Shown here piece by piece: positions 17,305 to 26,024 of a stretch of DNA of 39,875 bases. This DNA comes from a virus (Duplodnaviria; Caudoviricetes). Position numbers and translations under genes: made by a program. The stretch lies in IMG/VR virus record IMGVR_UViG_3300037484_000138, positions 1 to 39,875 of that record; one strand, 5' to 3'. The notes beneath the pieces are model-generated. The model searched no databases and was not told the DNA's origin. It saw nothing but the letters and a program-made list of their open reading frames with translations. Each line of letters begins with the position of its first letter. The first letter of the stretch is position 1.

Positions 17305-18219
17305 TCAAAAACAAGTGCGCCGCTCCCCGTCCTGAGCGGAGGCGTACCCGCCGCAGTCGAAGGACTTAACATTCGGGAACTCCCGCACCCGAAGATCCTC
17401 AGGGAAAGCATCCAGCCTATCCTGCTTATCGGGGTGCCCACCCAACTGCTTCATGAAGAATGCGATCCCATACTGCTTGCAATACTTCATGATGTCTCTC
17501 GCCCAAGTCACATCCATCTCTCGGCAATCTGCTCCACTCTCACCGCCCACGATCACCCAATCCACGGGACAGTCAGTGAACCGTATCTCTATTGGACCCA
17601 TCAACGGCTCCACCGAAAGGAAATGAGTCCAAGCGAACACACTCACCAATTCCTTTACCCGTTCCGCAAACTCTGCTTGACTCTCCACACTCGTACCCAG
17701 CCACACGTTCTTCTGGCGTGCCATCCAGTTATCGAACACCTCCCCCACAGCATCCGTCCCCAAACTGAATATCTTCTCGGGTCGCTTTGTCAGTAGCAAC
17801 CAGTCCAGGTTCGGCGTCTGCTCGATCAACTGAAACAACTCCCCGCGCCAATTCGCCACCTGCGGGTTATCCTCGAACACATCACACAACGACCCGCAGA
17901 ACACCCGTCGGCGAGTTCCATTCAAATGACCATCACACCCTGGCATTTTGCATAGGTTCCACTTCTCCCGCATATGCCCGCGCCATCCGCACGCATCGCA
18001 CTCAACGAACCGCTCCTTATTCCACAGCAACGGCTTCTTCCAATACGCCGCGCTCGTCTTCAACCGCTCACCTTGCGGACCCCACTTCACCTTCCCATAC
18101 CGGTGATCCATCAGCGTCTCTGCATAGCAATGCTTGCATCCCTGCGAAACTTTCGTGCATCCCATCCACGGGTTGAATGTGCTATCCGTCCACGCGATCT
18201 TCGATAAGTCACTCATCAT
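17305..18219 (-). CDS. Phage Gp37/Gp68 (DUF5131) family protein with Zn-ribbon insert
   Basis: IAWTDSTFNPWMGCTKVSQGCKHCYA, LLLTKRPE, LSVEPL, DWVIVGGESG, FFMKQLGG. Confidence 0.9.
   Translation of the reverse strand: MMSDLSKIAWTDSTFNPWMGCTKVSQGCKHCYAETLMDHRYGKVKWGPQGERLKTSAAYWKKPLLWNKERFVECDACGWRGHMREKWNLCKMPGCDGHLNGTRRRVFCGSLCDVFEDNPQVANWRGELFQLIEQTPNLDWLLLTKRPEKIFSLGTDAVGEVFDNWMARQKNVWLGTSVESQAEFAERVKELVSVFAWTHFLSVEPLMGPIEIRFTDCPVDWVIVGGESGADCREMDVTWARDIMKYCKQYGIAFFMKQLGGHPDKQDRLDAFPEDLRVREFPNVKSFDCGGYASAQDGERRTCF
17329..17365 (+). repeat. REP-like family A copy in DUF5131 3' end
   Basis: GTCCTGAGCGGAGGCGTACCCGCCGCAGTCGAAGGAC. Confidence 0.8.
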
Positions 18220-18373
18220 CCACCTTCAACTCCCCATCCTCCACCGCCAACGCCACCAGGCAATTCGGGCAACTCGTCACCGCATGATCCCCATCCACGA
18301 TCGCATAGGCCGCCCCCTCCTCCACGATCTCCAACCGATAATCACAATTCGGACAATACACTTTACGTTTCAT
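18209..18373 (-). CDS. 54-aa Zn-ribbon protein
   Basis: MKRKVYCPNC...CPNC...VDDE; RBS; below ORF-track cutoff. Confidence 0.7.
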   Translation of the reverse strand: MKRKVYCPNCDYRLEIVEEGAAYAIVDGDHAVTSCPNCLVALAVEDGELKVDDE

Positions 18374-18427
18374 TCTTCCTCTTCCTTTCGGGAGCAGAGA
18401 CGCCTCCCTGCTCCCTTCATAAGGAGA

Positions 18428-19300
18428 TTACTCTATCGGGACACTTGCTCCCGCTAAAGCCACAACATAATTCTTGAACTCTTCCTTCGGCAATATCTCA
18501 CTCAAACGTTCCTGCTCTACTGCCGCGCTCAATCTCACATACGCCGCACCCCTTACAATCCCCCACTTCTCCGCCGCGAACGCAACCGCCTTCTCATCCA
18601 ACGCATCTGTCCATTCCGCGCCCACCAGCCACGTCATCAACGTTCTCGCCAATGGTGCGCCTGGTTTCTGGATCACCGTCCCCATCGGTAACTCACTGCA
18701 CCGAGTCTTGTTCACCGTCGCATTGTTCTGCAAGTCCATCTGCATTACCATGTCGAACTCATACTCAAACTCTTTCCGTTGGATCGGCTTCGTCCCAATA
18801 CGCACAGGATGTATCTTGCCCTTCTCGTCCCGTTCCAATGCGTACTCCTGTTTGCTTCGGATCGTCACGATCACATGGATTTCACTATGCACAATGGCAT
18901 TGATCAGATCGTTATACAGCCTTCCGCCTTCATTCCATGCAAAGAAAGAGTTTTGACTCTTGCTGTGTGAAGCGATGTCATCCACAATGGATATGATCCC
19001 GCCGCTTCCCGTCCAGGCATGGGTCAAACTATCCAGGATGATCGTGCGGTATCCCATGCTTTGTGCCGCTTCAATCGCCTCGATGTACTTATTCGGATGG
19101 AACGGCGGCTCGAAGTCCACCACATCGAACTTGAACTTGTCCGCGTACTTGCTCAGACTCTTGTTCTCCGTGTCCACCGCCGCGATCTTCCCGCCGAACG
19201 TGCTGGCTATCGTTAGCGATGTCCAACTCTTTCCGCTTCCACTCGGACCCGTCACCGCGAGTCTCAACTTGCCTTCCTTCTTACTTGCTGGCGTAAACAT
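18428..19300 (-). CDS. AAA_24/Sak4-like phage ATPase (recombination)
   Basis: GPSGSGKS Walker A, VDTE, IILDSLTHAW, FEYEFD. Confidence 0.85.
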   Translation of the reverse strand: MFTPASKKEGKLRLAVTGPSGSGKSWTSLTIASTFGGKIAAVDTENKSLSKYADKFKFDVVDFEPPFHPNKYIEAIEAAQSMGYRTIILDSLTHAWTGSGGIISIVDDIASHSKSQNSFFAWNEGGRLYNDLINAIVHSEIHVIVTIRSKQEYALERDEKGKIHPVRIGTKPIQRKEFEYEFDMVMQMDLQNNATVNKTRCSELPMGTVIQKPGAPLARTLMTWLVGAEWTDALDEKAVAFAAEKWGIVRGAAYVRLSAAVEQERLSEILPKEEFKNYVVALAGASVPIE

Positions 19301-19340
19301 TTTGATCTCCTTATCTCAACATACCTTATTGACTACACGA

Positions 19341-19745
19341 TTATTCTTTCCCCTCTCCATCCTGAGCGGAGCGTACCCGCGCAGTCGAAGGAGGTGGTAC
19401 TACCGTCGCACCCAACGCGCACAAACCATTCATCAACCCGCCCATATTGATCACCCCCGCATGATCCACCGTACAATCACGGATGATCTCCGCCATCTTC
19501 TCATCGTTCTCCATCGGCACCGCGCTTACATCGATCACCGTACAATCCACATCAGGCATCGCCGCAAAGCCCTTATCCCCATGCAACCGCTGACCAGGGC
19601 GGATCAAGTGCCACGTCTGCTCAGTCACGATCAGGACCGTCGCACTTGCCGGCGTCGGCGGGATCTCTGGCACCCGCTGTACCACCCTCACCGACCGCGC
19701 GATCTCATCATCCATGAACACAATCTTCTTCGTCATGTACAACAT
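19341..19745 (-). CDS. Hypothetical protein; C-terminus encoded by REP-like element
   Basis: 134 aa ending PSTARVRSAQDGEGKE. Confidence 0.65.
   Translation of the reverse strand: MLYMTKKIVFMDDEIARSVRVVQRVPEIPPTPASATVLIVTEQTWHLIRPGQRLHGDKGFAAMPDVDCTVIDVSAVPMENDEKMAEIIRDCTVDHAGVINMGGLMNGLCALGATVVPPPSTARVRSAQDGEGKE
19350..19393 (+). repeat. REP-like family A copy with family B left arm
   Basis: CCCCTCTCCATCCTGAGCGGAGCGTACCCGCGCAGTCGAAGGAG. Confidence 0.8.
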
Positions 19746-19748
19746 TGC

Positions 19749-19871
19749 TCAGTCCTCCAAAGCATCAACGACGAAGAACCATTCCATCCAGGTCGCGTCG
19801 TGTGCCTTCATCGTCCCACGGGACGGCAGAACCAATAACGCCTTGAACCATTTCAACATCTTATCTTCCAT
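19749..19871 (-). CDS. 40-aa hypothetical protein
   Basis: MEDKMLKWF...ALED, RBS, abuts next gene. Confidence 0.5.
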   Translation of the reverse strand: MEDKMLKWFKALLVLPSRGTMKAHDATWMEWFFVVDALED

Positions 19872-20030
19872 CGCCTCGCTCCTTTGTGCTATAATCTCGA
19901 CAGGCAGGTAATTCATCCCTGCCCCATCGCTTAGAAACGTCGCCCCTCAAATGGCGGCGTTTCGCTTTCTCCCCCTAAATATCCCGAAGGGTATTTGGGG
20001 GGATGTCGCTGTACTCAGCGACAGGGGGGT

Positions 20031-20159
20031 TCAACACATCCCCACGATCCCCACCTCACACGCCATCATGACAGAGATCAAGCACACCGCCATCAACAGC
20101 GCAATGATCGCCAACACCAACAATATCTGCCCTCTCTCTTTCTTACCTTTTTTGAACAT
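20031..20159 (-). CDS. 42-aa membrane peptide with Tad/prepilin-like N-terminus
   Basis: MFKKGKKERGQILLVLAIIALLMAVCLISVMM...; AAGGAG RBS. Confidence 0.65.
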   Translation of the reverse strand: MFKKGKKERGQILLVLAIIALLMAVCLISVMMACEVGIVGMC

Positions 20160-20209
20160 CGCTCTCCTTCTTCATGGGTGGGACTCTCATCCCACCCCGT
20201 ATCATCGGG

Positions 20210-20422
20210 TCACTTCGAAGGAACTGGCCTCGGTCGTGGTTTCCCGATCTTCGTTGACCCGCTGTTCTTCCCAGCCGGTCCCGGTCGTTTGGGTCCCATG
20301 CCTGCCTCCTTCCTAGCCCCGCCTGCCGTGAGTCGTGCGTCCGTTCCCACGTCTCGGTGCCAAACCTCTGCGCACCCGCTTTCCCCTTCCCAGCAGTCTG
20401 CGCTTCTCCCGTAACTTCTCAC
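20210..20422 (-). CDS. Hypothetical protein
   Basis: 70 aa, start overlaps upstream stop. Confidence 0.4.
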   Translation of the reverse strand: MRSYGRSADCWEGESGCAEVWHRDVGTDARLTAGGARKEAGMGPKRPGPAGKNSGSTKIGKPRPRPVPSK

Positions 20423-20658
20423 GCTTCGACATACAAATCTCCTTCCATCAATTCATTCGTATACCGCTTCAACCGTTCCGCGATCTCTGCGGCATTCACC
20501 AATCGCTCCGATGGCTGGCTTCTCCATTTCATTTCCTGCTCCAGCAACCTGCTCAACAGTTCGAAGTCATCAACCATCAGCCTTGTATTGAACTGCACCA
20601 ACTCCAAGGCATTCCGTCTCTCCATCGCCTGCTTGTCGAAGCCCTTCTGTCTTGGCAT
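20419..20658 (-). CDS. Hypothetical helical protein
   Basis: 79 aa from ATG 20658 with GGAGG RBS. Confidence 0.65.
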   Translation of the reverse strand: MPRQKGFDKQAMERRNALELVQFNTRLMVDDFELLSRLLEQEMKWRSQPSERLVNAAEIAERLKRYTNELMEGDLYVEA

Positions 20659-20713
20659 CCCGCCTCCGACAATCAAGCACCACTTCAAAACGATTCACTT
20701 CTGCCTCCAAAAA

Positions 20714-20980
20714 TCACACGATCTCGGCCTTCGGGATTACAGTATCCTTATGCAGTTCCTTCAACTCCCGTATCCGCTTCCCGATCACCGTCATGGCTGG
20801 ACCGCAACTCAACCAGTTATTCCAGTCTGGAACATTCTCGTCGTACCAAACGCTCCAGCCGGCCGGGTCAAGTTTTCGCAACTCATCCAAGAGAACGCCA
20901 AAGTCCAGCTTCAACTTCGCCACCACGCTCTGATATTCTTTCAGCGGGTCCTTCGCCCTGTTCGTAAATCTCCTAGCCAT
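20714..20980 (-). CDS. Hypothetical protein
   Basis: 88 aa, operon context. Confidence 0.65.
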   Translation of the reverse strand: MARRFTNRAKDPLKEYQSVVAKLKLDFGVLLDELRKLDPAGWSVWYDENVPDWNNWLSCGPAMTVIGKRIRELKELHKDTVIPKAEIV

Positions 20981-21125
20981 GCTTCACCACTGACCGGGAT
21001 AAAAGTACAAAAGGATCAACAACAACAACACGATCAACCAGATCATCTTCTACCTCCTCCATCAAACCTTCACGCACTGCCCACGCATGGATCGTCACCA
21101 GCAGATCCATGTACGCCCTTCTCAT
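20973..21125 (-). CDS. Hypothetical 50-aa protein
   Basis: ATG 21125 just after family B repeat. Confidence 0.45.
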   Translation of the reverse strand: MRRAYMDLLVTIHAWAVREGLMEEVEDDLVDRVVVVDPFVLLSRSVVKHG

Positions 21126-21128
21126 ATT

Positions 21129-21164
21129 CCCCTCTCCCATCGGGAGAGGGGTTAGGGGTGAGGG
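21129..21164 (+). repeat. REP-like family B (CCCCTCTCCC-loop-GGGAGAGGGG-TTAGGGGTGAGGG)
   Basis: Hairpin plus G-run tail; 7 related copies in window. Confidence 0.8.
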
Positions 21165-21172
21165 AGATACCA

Positions 21173-21400
21173 TCATCCCTCCACCTCTTCCTCTTTCTCT
21201 TTCTCTTTCTCCCGCTCATCCGCCATCATCGCCTGCTCGAACAACTCCTGCGCAAATGCCCCGTGCGACACGCCAGCTTTCCTCGCGCTCCGCACCCACC
21301 ACATCCGATGCACCTTCCTCAACGTCACCGAATACGTAGCCACCTGCCGCCCCTCCCCCGTCCGCTCTGCATACTTCACTTTTGGTTTTGCTCTCGCCAT
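21173..21400 (-). CDS. Cro-position regulator, ribbon-helix-helix-like
   Basis: First early gene, divergent from repressor; YSVTL strand followed by two helices (ARKAGVS..FAQELFE). Confidence 0.55.
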   Translation of the reverse strand: MARAKPKVKYAERTGEGRQVATYSVTLRKVHRMWWVRSARKAGVSHGAFAQELFEQAMMADEREKEKEKEEEVEG

Positions 21401-21430
21401 CGCTTCGCTCCTTGTCGTATGTCAATCTGT

Positions 21431-21486
21431 ATTACCTCTTGACAATCTCAAGTATACGCAAAATCATTGACTTGTCAAGAGGTAAT
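21431..21486. promoter_or_regulatory. Lysis/lysogeny switch: perfect 15-bp inverted repeat containing TTGACA; leftward promoter TTGACA-N16-TATACT
   Basis: ATTACCTCTTGACAA 21431-21445 / TTGTCAAGAGGTAAT 21472-21486; -10 at 21456-21451. Confidence 0.75.
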
Positions 21487-21534
21487 TTATAGTTCCCAAT
21501 GACTATTTGTTTTTGGGTAACATGGTGGTGTCCT

Positions 21535-21870
21535 ATGGAAACCTTATCTGAATTTCTTTTGGAAGAGTTGAGAACGCGCAACATGACACAAGCGGAACTT
21601 GCTAGAAAAAGTCATGTGACCCCCGCCCAAATATCCCGTATTATTTCTGGGCAACGTGGTGCCGAAAGCGAAACACTAAACTCCATTGCAGATGCCTTGG
21701 ATATCCCCCCTGAACAAATATTTAGAATAGCCGGCAAGATGAGTGCCGCAGTGAATATTGACGAAAAGGCGCAACAGATAGCTCACGAAGTACGCGATCT
21801 TCCTGTCCAAGATAAGGAAGAGGTACTCGCCTTTATTAGAATGAAGAAGAACTTGAGAAAAAAGAAATGA
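21535..21870 (+). CDS. XRE-family HTH (CI-like) repressor
   Basis: MTQAELARKSHVTPAQISRIISG HTH. Confidence 0.88.
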   Translation: METLSEFLLEELRTRNMTQAELARKSHVTPAQISRIISGQRGAESETLNSIADALDIPPEQIFRIAGKMSAAVNIDEKAQQIAHEVRDLPVQDKEEVLAFIRMKKNLRKKK

Positions 21871-22067
21871 CCACTGATGACGAAATATATAGAGAGATCG
21901 TAGACTCTCACCCTGATGACCTAATAACAATTTATCGTTACATTGCATGGGTGAAATTTCGCCGCACGATGCACAACCAGTTCTATTTTCGTGCTCATTG
22001 GGTTGCTCCTGCTGTTCAATATCATTGGGTAGGTAACTATGACCGAATGGATTCACGCGCTTTCTGA
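21867..22067 (+). CDS. Hypothetical protein
   Basis: ATGA-coupled to repressor. Confidence 0.55.
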   Translation: MTTDDEIYREIVDSHPDDLITIYRYIAWVKFRRTMHNQFYFRAHWVAPAVQYHWVGNYDRMDSRAF

Positions 22068-22785
22068 GCCTGCCGTTACCCTCGCCGCCCAAGTTTGGGA
22101 AACAACCCCTGCGTCCGCGCATACTTTACTGTCACGCTATGTTCAAGCTGAGTTGCTTAGTCCCTATTTACCCCTTGCTGAATTTCAAGAGTATATTGAA
22201 ATGGTACGCACTCTCACCAAAGAGAGAAAAGAAAACTCTTCACATGTCACTGGTCATCCCGCCTTGGACGATACATATCGTCGGCATCTAAATACTGAAC
22301 TTCTCGTTCCCCCTCAATCCAAACCTAAAGAAAAAGATTACTCTTTGCTATGGTTTCTTGTCTTCCTTGTTGCTCTCTGGTTGTGGGGTCAATATAGTAA
22401 TTCATCATCTGCCAGCGTAGATACCCCTCAATATCCTCTCGATCAATCTAGCGAAGCCTCCGACTACAATGCCGATCAAATGGAACAAGACACTCGCAAC
22501 TATGACCCTGCCCTTGCACACGACACTGATCCTGGTTCAAACGAACCCCTCTTCGATCCCGTTGACCCATATGAAACAACCGGCTCCTGTCCCAATGGTT
22601 GCACCGAACACATCACGGGTTGCGACATCAAAGGCAACATCGCATTCGAAACCGCCGAAAAAATCTATCATGTGCCTGGTCAGGAATACTACGAACTCAC
22701 CACCATAGACCCCTCCTACGGTGAACGCTGGTTCTGCACCGAAGCCGAAGCCATCTCAAACGGCTGGCGCAAATCTAAAAGCTAA
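22039..22785 (+). CDS. Membrane protein with C-terminal CxIKGNI...YHVPG...GERWFC domain
   Basis: TM helix; motif as seen at C-termini of thermonuclease/ExoI-like proteins; lysogeny block (possible exclusion protein). Confidence 0.7.
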   Translation: MTEWIHALSEPAVTLAAQVWETTPASAHTLLSRYVQAELLSPYLPLAEFQEYIEMVRTLTKERKENSSHVTGHPALDDTYRRHLNTELLVPPQSKPKEKDYSLLWFLVFLVALWLWGQYSNSSSASVDTPQYPLDQSSEASDYNADQMEQDTRNYDPALAHDTDPGSNEPLFDPVDPYETTGSCPNGCTEHITGCDIKGNIAFETAEKIYHVPGQEYYELTTIDPSYGERWFCTEAEAISNGWRKSKS

Positions 22786-22802
22786 CCGCTAAAAGCTGAT
22801 CT

Positions 22803-24260
22803 ATGCGCTTCTCCATCTGGTCCGCCGTCTCCTCCGAAAAACAAACCGACAACGCCTCCCTCTCCGAACAAGAGCGCAAATGCCGCGCTGTTGGCCTTGC
22901 CCACTCCTGGCTCGAAACATCCGGACCCTACATCATCCCAGGCGAATCCCGCACCCGCTGGGTCAACCTGCGCGATGCCGAAAACGAAATACCCGCCCTC
23001 CACTCCATGCTCGAAGATGCCAAGTCCCGCCGCTTCGACCTCCTCACCCTCTACGATTACAACCGCCTGCGTGATCTCCTCGATCCCGTAGCCAAAACCC
23101 TCGCCTCCTATGGCGTCCAGATATTCTCAGTCAACCAACCCGTCGAACCCCTGCCCGTCGAAGACTTCAACCCCTACGCCTCCGATTCCGAGTCCATGAT
23201 GCGCGGCATGTCACAGATCATCTCCCGCTGGCAGATCGCAGACCTCCGCCGCAAATTCCGCTACGGTGTCACCGCCCGCGTCCGTAAAGGACTGCACTCC
23301 ATCCGCCTGCCCTTCGGATATCGTCTCCCCCCTGGCCGCGAAACCGACAAGACCGCCGTAGCTGTGCAAGTCCCAGCCCAGGCGCGTACCGTTCTCCAGA
23401 TCAAAGACATGTTCCTCTCTGGCCGCTCCTACAAAACGATTGCCCGCACCCTCAACGACTCATCCCTTCTCACCCCGCACGGCAACCAATGGGATCACTC
23501 CCTTCTCAAGCAAGTCCTCCTCAATCCATTCTATGCTGGCAAAGTATTCTTCGGACGCACCCGCACCGTCCACGACCCCCATCACAACACCACCCGCCTC
23601 ATCAAGAACCCCGCCCCCCTGCTTGCCGATGGACTCCACGCCCCGCTCTTCACATGGGACGAACACCTTGCCATCCTTGCAGAAGAAGAACGCCGCCGCA
23701 CCCTGCCCCGCAACAACAGATACCCCTTCTCTGGCCTGCTCGAATGCTCCATCTGTTGCAAACGACTCATCCACGACAACTCCTACAAACAGCCTGTCTG
23801 GCATTGCCCAGGCAAATACCATACACTCATAACAATGGATGAAGCCTTCATCCTCGTCCCCCACGCCTTGGGACAAACCCTCAAAGGGATCAACCCTGCG
23901 GGTCCGCTTCCCTCCGCCCCCCAGCCTGCCACTGCCCTGCATGACCTTGACCGCCACCGTAAGCGCATCCAGCAAGCCTACGAATCAGAACTCTACACCC
24001 TCGAAGAAGCAGAGAACAAGATCAGAACCATAGACGCGCAGATCCACCAACACCACAGCCAGGAACACCAGCGCGACAAACAACAAGCCAGGCGCCAACG
24101 CTTCGCCTCCACCCTCGCAGAAATACAAACCCTCCTCAGCCACCTCCCCCAATGGATACAGCACGACGACCCCAAAACCGTAAACACCCTGCTCCTGCGC
24201 CTCTGCCACAAGATCACCGTCACCCCCGACGGCAAACTAACCGTCCACCTCCAGGGATAA
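22803..24260 (+). CDS. Large serine recombinase (integrase)
   Basis: AVSSEKQ catalytic Ser, NRL.R, PFGY, LLNPFYAG, SGLLECSIC Zn ribbon, coiled coil. Confidence 0.9.
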   Translation: MRFSIWSAVSSEKQTDNASLSEQERKCRAVGLAHSWLETSGPYIIPGESRTRWVNLRDAENEIPALHSMLEDAKSRRFDLLTLYDYNRLRDLLDPVAKTLASYGVQIFSVNQPVEPLPVEDFNPYASDSESMMRGMSQIISRWQIADLRRKFRYGVTARVRKGLHSIRLPFGYRLPPGRETDKTAVAVQVPAQARTVLQIKDMFLSGRSYKTIARTLNDSSLLTPHGNQWDHSLLKQVLLNPFYAGKVFFGRTRTVHDPHHNTTRLIKNPAPLLADGLHAPLFTWDEHLAILAEEERRRTLPRNNRYPFSGLLECSICCKRLIHDNSYKQPVWHCPGKYHTLITMDEAFILVPHALGQTLKGINPAGPLPSAPQPATALHDLDRHRKRIQQAYESELYTLEEAENKIRTIDAQIHQHHSQEHQRDKQQARRQRFASTLAEIQTLLSHLPQWIQHDDPKTVNTLLLRLCHKITVTPDGKLTVHLQG

Positions 24261-24285
24261 AAAAAGGACTGGCCTTCACCAGTCC
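24259..24285 (-). terminator. Intrinsic terminator between convergent integrase and tail genes
   Basis: GGACTGG/CCAGTCC stem with T7 on - strand. Confidence 0.7.
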
Positions 24286-24292
24286 ATCATCA

Positions 24293-24342
24293 TTTCCGTT
24301 TCATCGGGATTACTCCCCTATCTTCTCCCCTAACAACGGAAA
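24293..24342. other. Candidate attP
   Basis: 50-bp site bounded by TTTCCGTT/AACGGAAA next to the integrase. Confidence 0.4.
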
Positions 24343-24346
24343 CTAC

Positions 24347-25600
24347 TTACAACTCATTCTCCGCCGTGACGTGAACACTCATGCGGTCATTCACAACTGA
24401 CCCTGCATTCCCCGTAGCGTTTATCACAATATATTTTGCTGTTTGCGCTCCGCATGTTGACGATGCACAATCCAATCCCCCCGTCACATCACGGACTTCA
24501 TTGTTGGCCGCCGCTGGATTGTACAATGTTAGTGTGATAGTCTCGTTACGCATCGGCACAGGTAGATAGATCGGTGAACGGAGGGCAACGGCTCCAGCCG
24601 CTGGCGCTGAAAAAATATGATCTCCCAGGTTGATCCCAATGTTGGTTGCCGGGGCAGTATCAAGTCTGAATGTCTTCCAATAGTACCTGTTACAAAGCAA
24701 CAACTCTACCGCGTATTGCCTGGCCGTCCATGCTATTTGTGTCGTCCCATAATATACCCCCGCCTCCGCCATCGACAGGGTATCGTTCGCCGCAAAGTCC
24801 GCATCCGACCACACCATCACCAGCAGGTTCTTTGAGTCCGCTGGGAATGTCCCTGTGAATTGGAACGTTCCCCAATCTGTCGTCACTGCACAGGCTACCG
24901 GCGTGTCAATTGCTACCAGGTTCGCCCCAAGTGTCGGGTCTGTGCTGTCTGCACCCCATGAAGACACCAGTGTGGGCAGTGTATCCGCCGTGCCTGCCGC
25001 CTGCAATTCCACCACCGCGATCTTGATTGTCTTTGCCGTGCTGGCCTTCATCTGCAATTGAAAACTAATACTCCTGCCTCTGAACTTCAACGTGTCAAGA
25101 TATTCAAGCGGTTGGCATACGAGAAACTTCCCCGCGTTCGTGATCTTCTTGAACTGCCCATAATACGGAGACACCAACCCCGCCTCGCTCGATCCGTCCT
25201 GCCTGATAAATTGGATGTCTGCATTCTCGCGTGTCACCTTCCATCGGTCGGCGCTATATCCACCGTCTGCTATTGTAGTCAAGGTGCCTGGTGCCTGCCG
25301 TTGTGCAAAATTGAACCCGCCATTGATAAGATGATTGGTTGTATCCTCTACCTCGAACGAAGGAATATCGGCGGTCACTCCGCCTGCTTGGGTTGAGTCA
25401 TATTTCAGATACTTACCATCCGCACCTGGTGACTTCTCGATGAATGTACCCGAACCTGTCCCTACCAGTATCCCGCCCTCCTGTGTGAATTGAGAGACCC
25501 CGATCCCGCTTGGCAATGCGAAGTCCGCAATGCGGATGACTGCCACAATTTCCTGTGTCACTTGGAATGCGCCTGCTTGTTCCTTGATAATGATATACAT
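24347..25600 (-). CDS. Tail fibre/receptor-binding protein with carbohydrate-binding-like domain
   Basis: NHLINGGFNFAQR...ADRW and ELLLCNRYY motifs common in fibre proteins. Confidence 0.7.
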   Translation of the reverse strand: MYIIIKEQAGAFQVTQEIVAVIRIADFALPSGIGVSQFTQEGGILVGTGSGTFIEKSPGADGKYLKYDSTQAGGVTADIPSFEVEDTTNHLINGGFNFAQRQAPGTLTTIADGGYSADRWKVTRENADIQFIRQDGSSEAGLVSPYYGQFKKITNAGKFLVCQPLEYLDTLKFRGRSISFQLQMKASTAKTIKIAVVELQAAGTADTLPTLVSSWGADSTDPTLGANLVAIDTPVACAVTTDWGTFQFTGTFPADSKNLLVMVWSDADFAANDTLSMAEAGVYYGTTQIAWTARQYAVELLLCNRYYWKTFRLDTAPATNIGINLGDHIFSAPAAGAVALRSPIYLPVPMRNETITLTLYNPAAANNEVRDVTGGLDCASSTCGAQTAKYIVINATGNAGSVVNDRMSVHVTAENEL

Positions 25601-25606
25601 CGTGTC

Positions 25607-25960
25607 CTACCTGACCTGTACACTGCCGATGATTAGCGGCACTTTCCCGCCCGTGTCGGTGGTGATGATGAACTTTCTCTGCGCCGATGTGAAGTCATAC
25701 TCCGCGATCTGCGCCGCCGTCAGGTCAAGGTTGAATTGTCCGCTGGCTGGCGTGTGTGTGATCTTGCCGTTGGCTATTGTAAGCGTGTCGTATGTCTCAC
25801 CGTTCGGGCTGGAGAAGATCGTCATCTCTGCTGTATAGCCTGTGGTGTCCTTTGGCGTTACCTGGTCGTCCTCGAACAGGTTTATCGTTTCATGCCAGTC
25901 CCCGCCCTGCACCAGCGTTATATCCTGCACAAGTGGTAGTGATTGAAGTTCTGTCGTCAT
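25607..25960 (-). CDS. Small beta-rich tail/baseplate-type (BppU-like) protein
   Basis: DITLVQGGD...DTTGYTA...LDLTAAQ pattern. Confidence 0.55.
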   Translation of the reverse strand: MTTELQSLPLVQDITLVQGGDWHETINLFEDDQVTPKDTTGYTAEMTIFSSPNGETYDTLTIANGKITHTPASGQFNLDLTAAQIAEYDFTSAQRKFIITTDTGGKVPLIIGSVQVR

Positions 25961-25980
25961 ATTATTTCCTTATTCTCATT

Positions 25981-26024
25981 CCCCTCTCCAAGTGTACTCA
26001 CTTGGGGAGGGGTCGGGGGTGGGG
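25981..26024 (+). repeat. REP-like family B copy
   Basis: CCCCTCTCCAAGTG-TACT-CACTTGGGGAGGGG-TCGGGGGTGGGG abutting stop at 26025. Confidence 0.8.

Noticed and set aside
19934-20023. tRNA
   Set aside because: Three hairpins but no acceptor stem, TTC T-loop or CCA
16720-21442. Long + strand ORFs (16720..17796, 18960..19838, 20357..21442)
   Set aside because: Antisense shadows of real - strand genes; H/P/L-rich composition reflects C skew
24347-25600. Diversity-generating retroelement target
   Set aside because: No reverse transcriptase and no template/variable repeat pair seen
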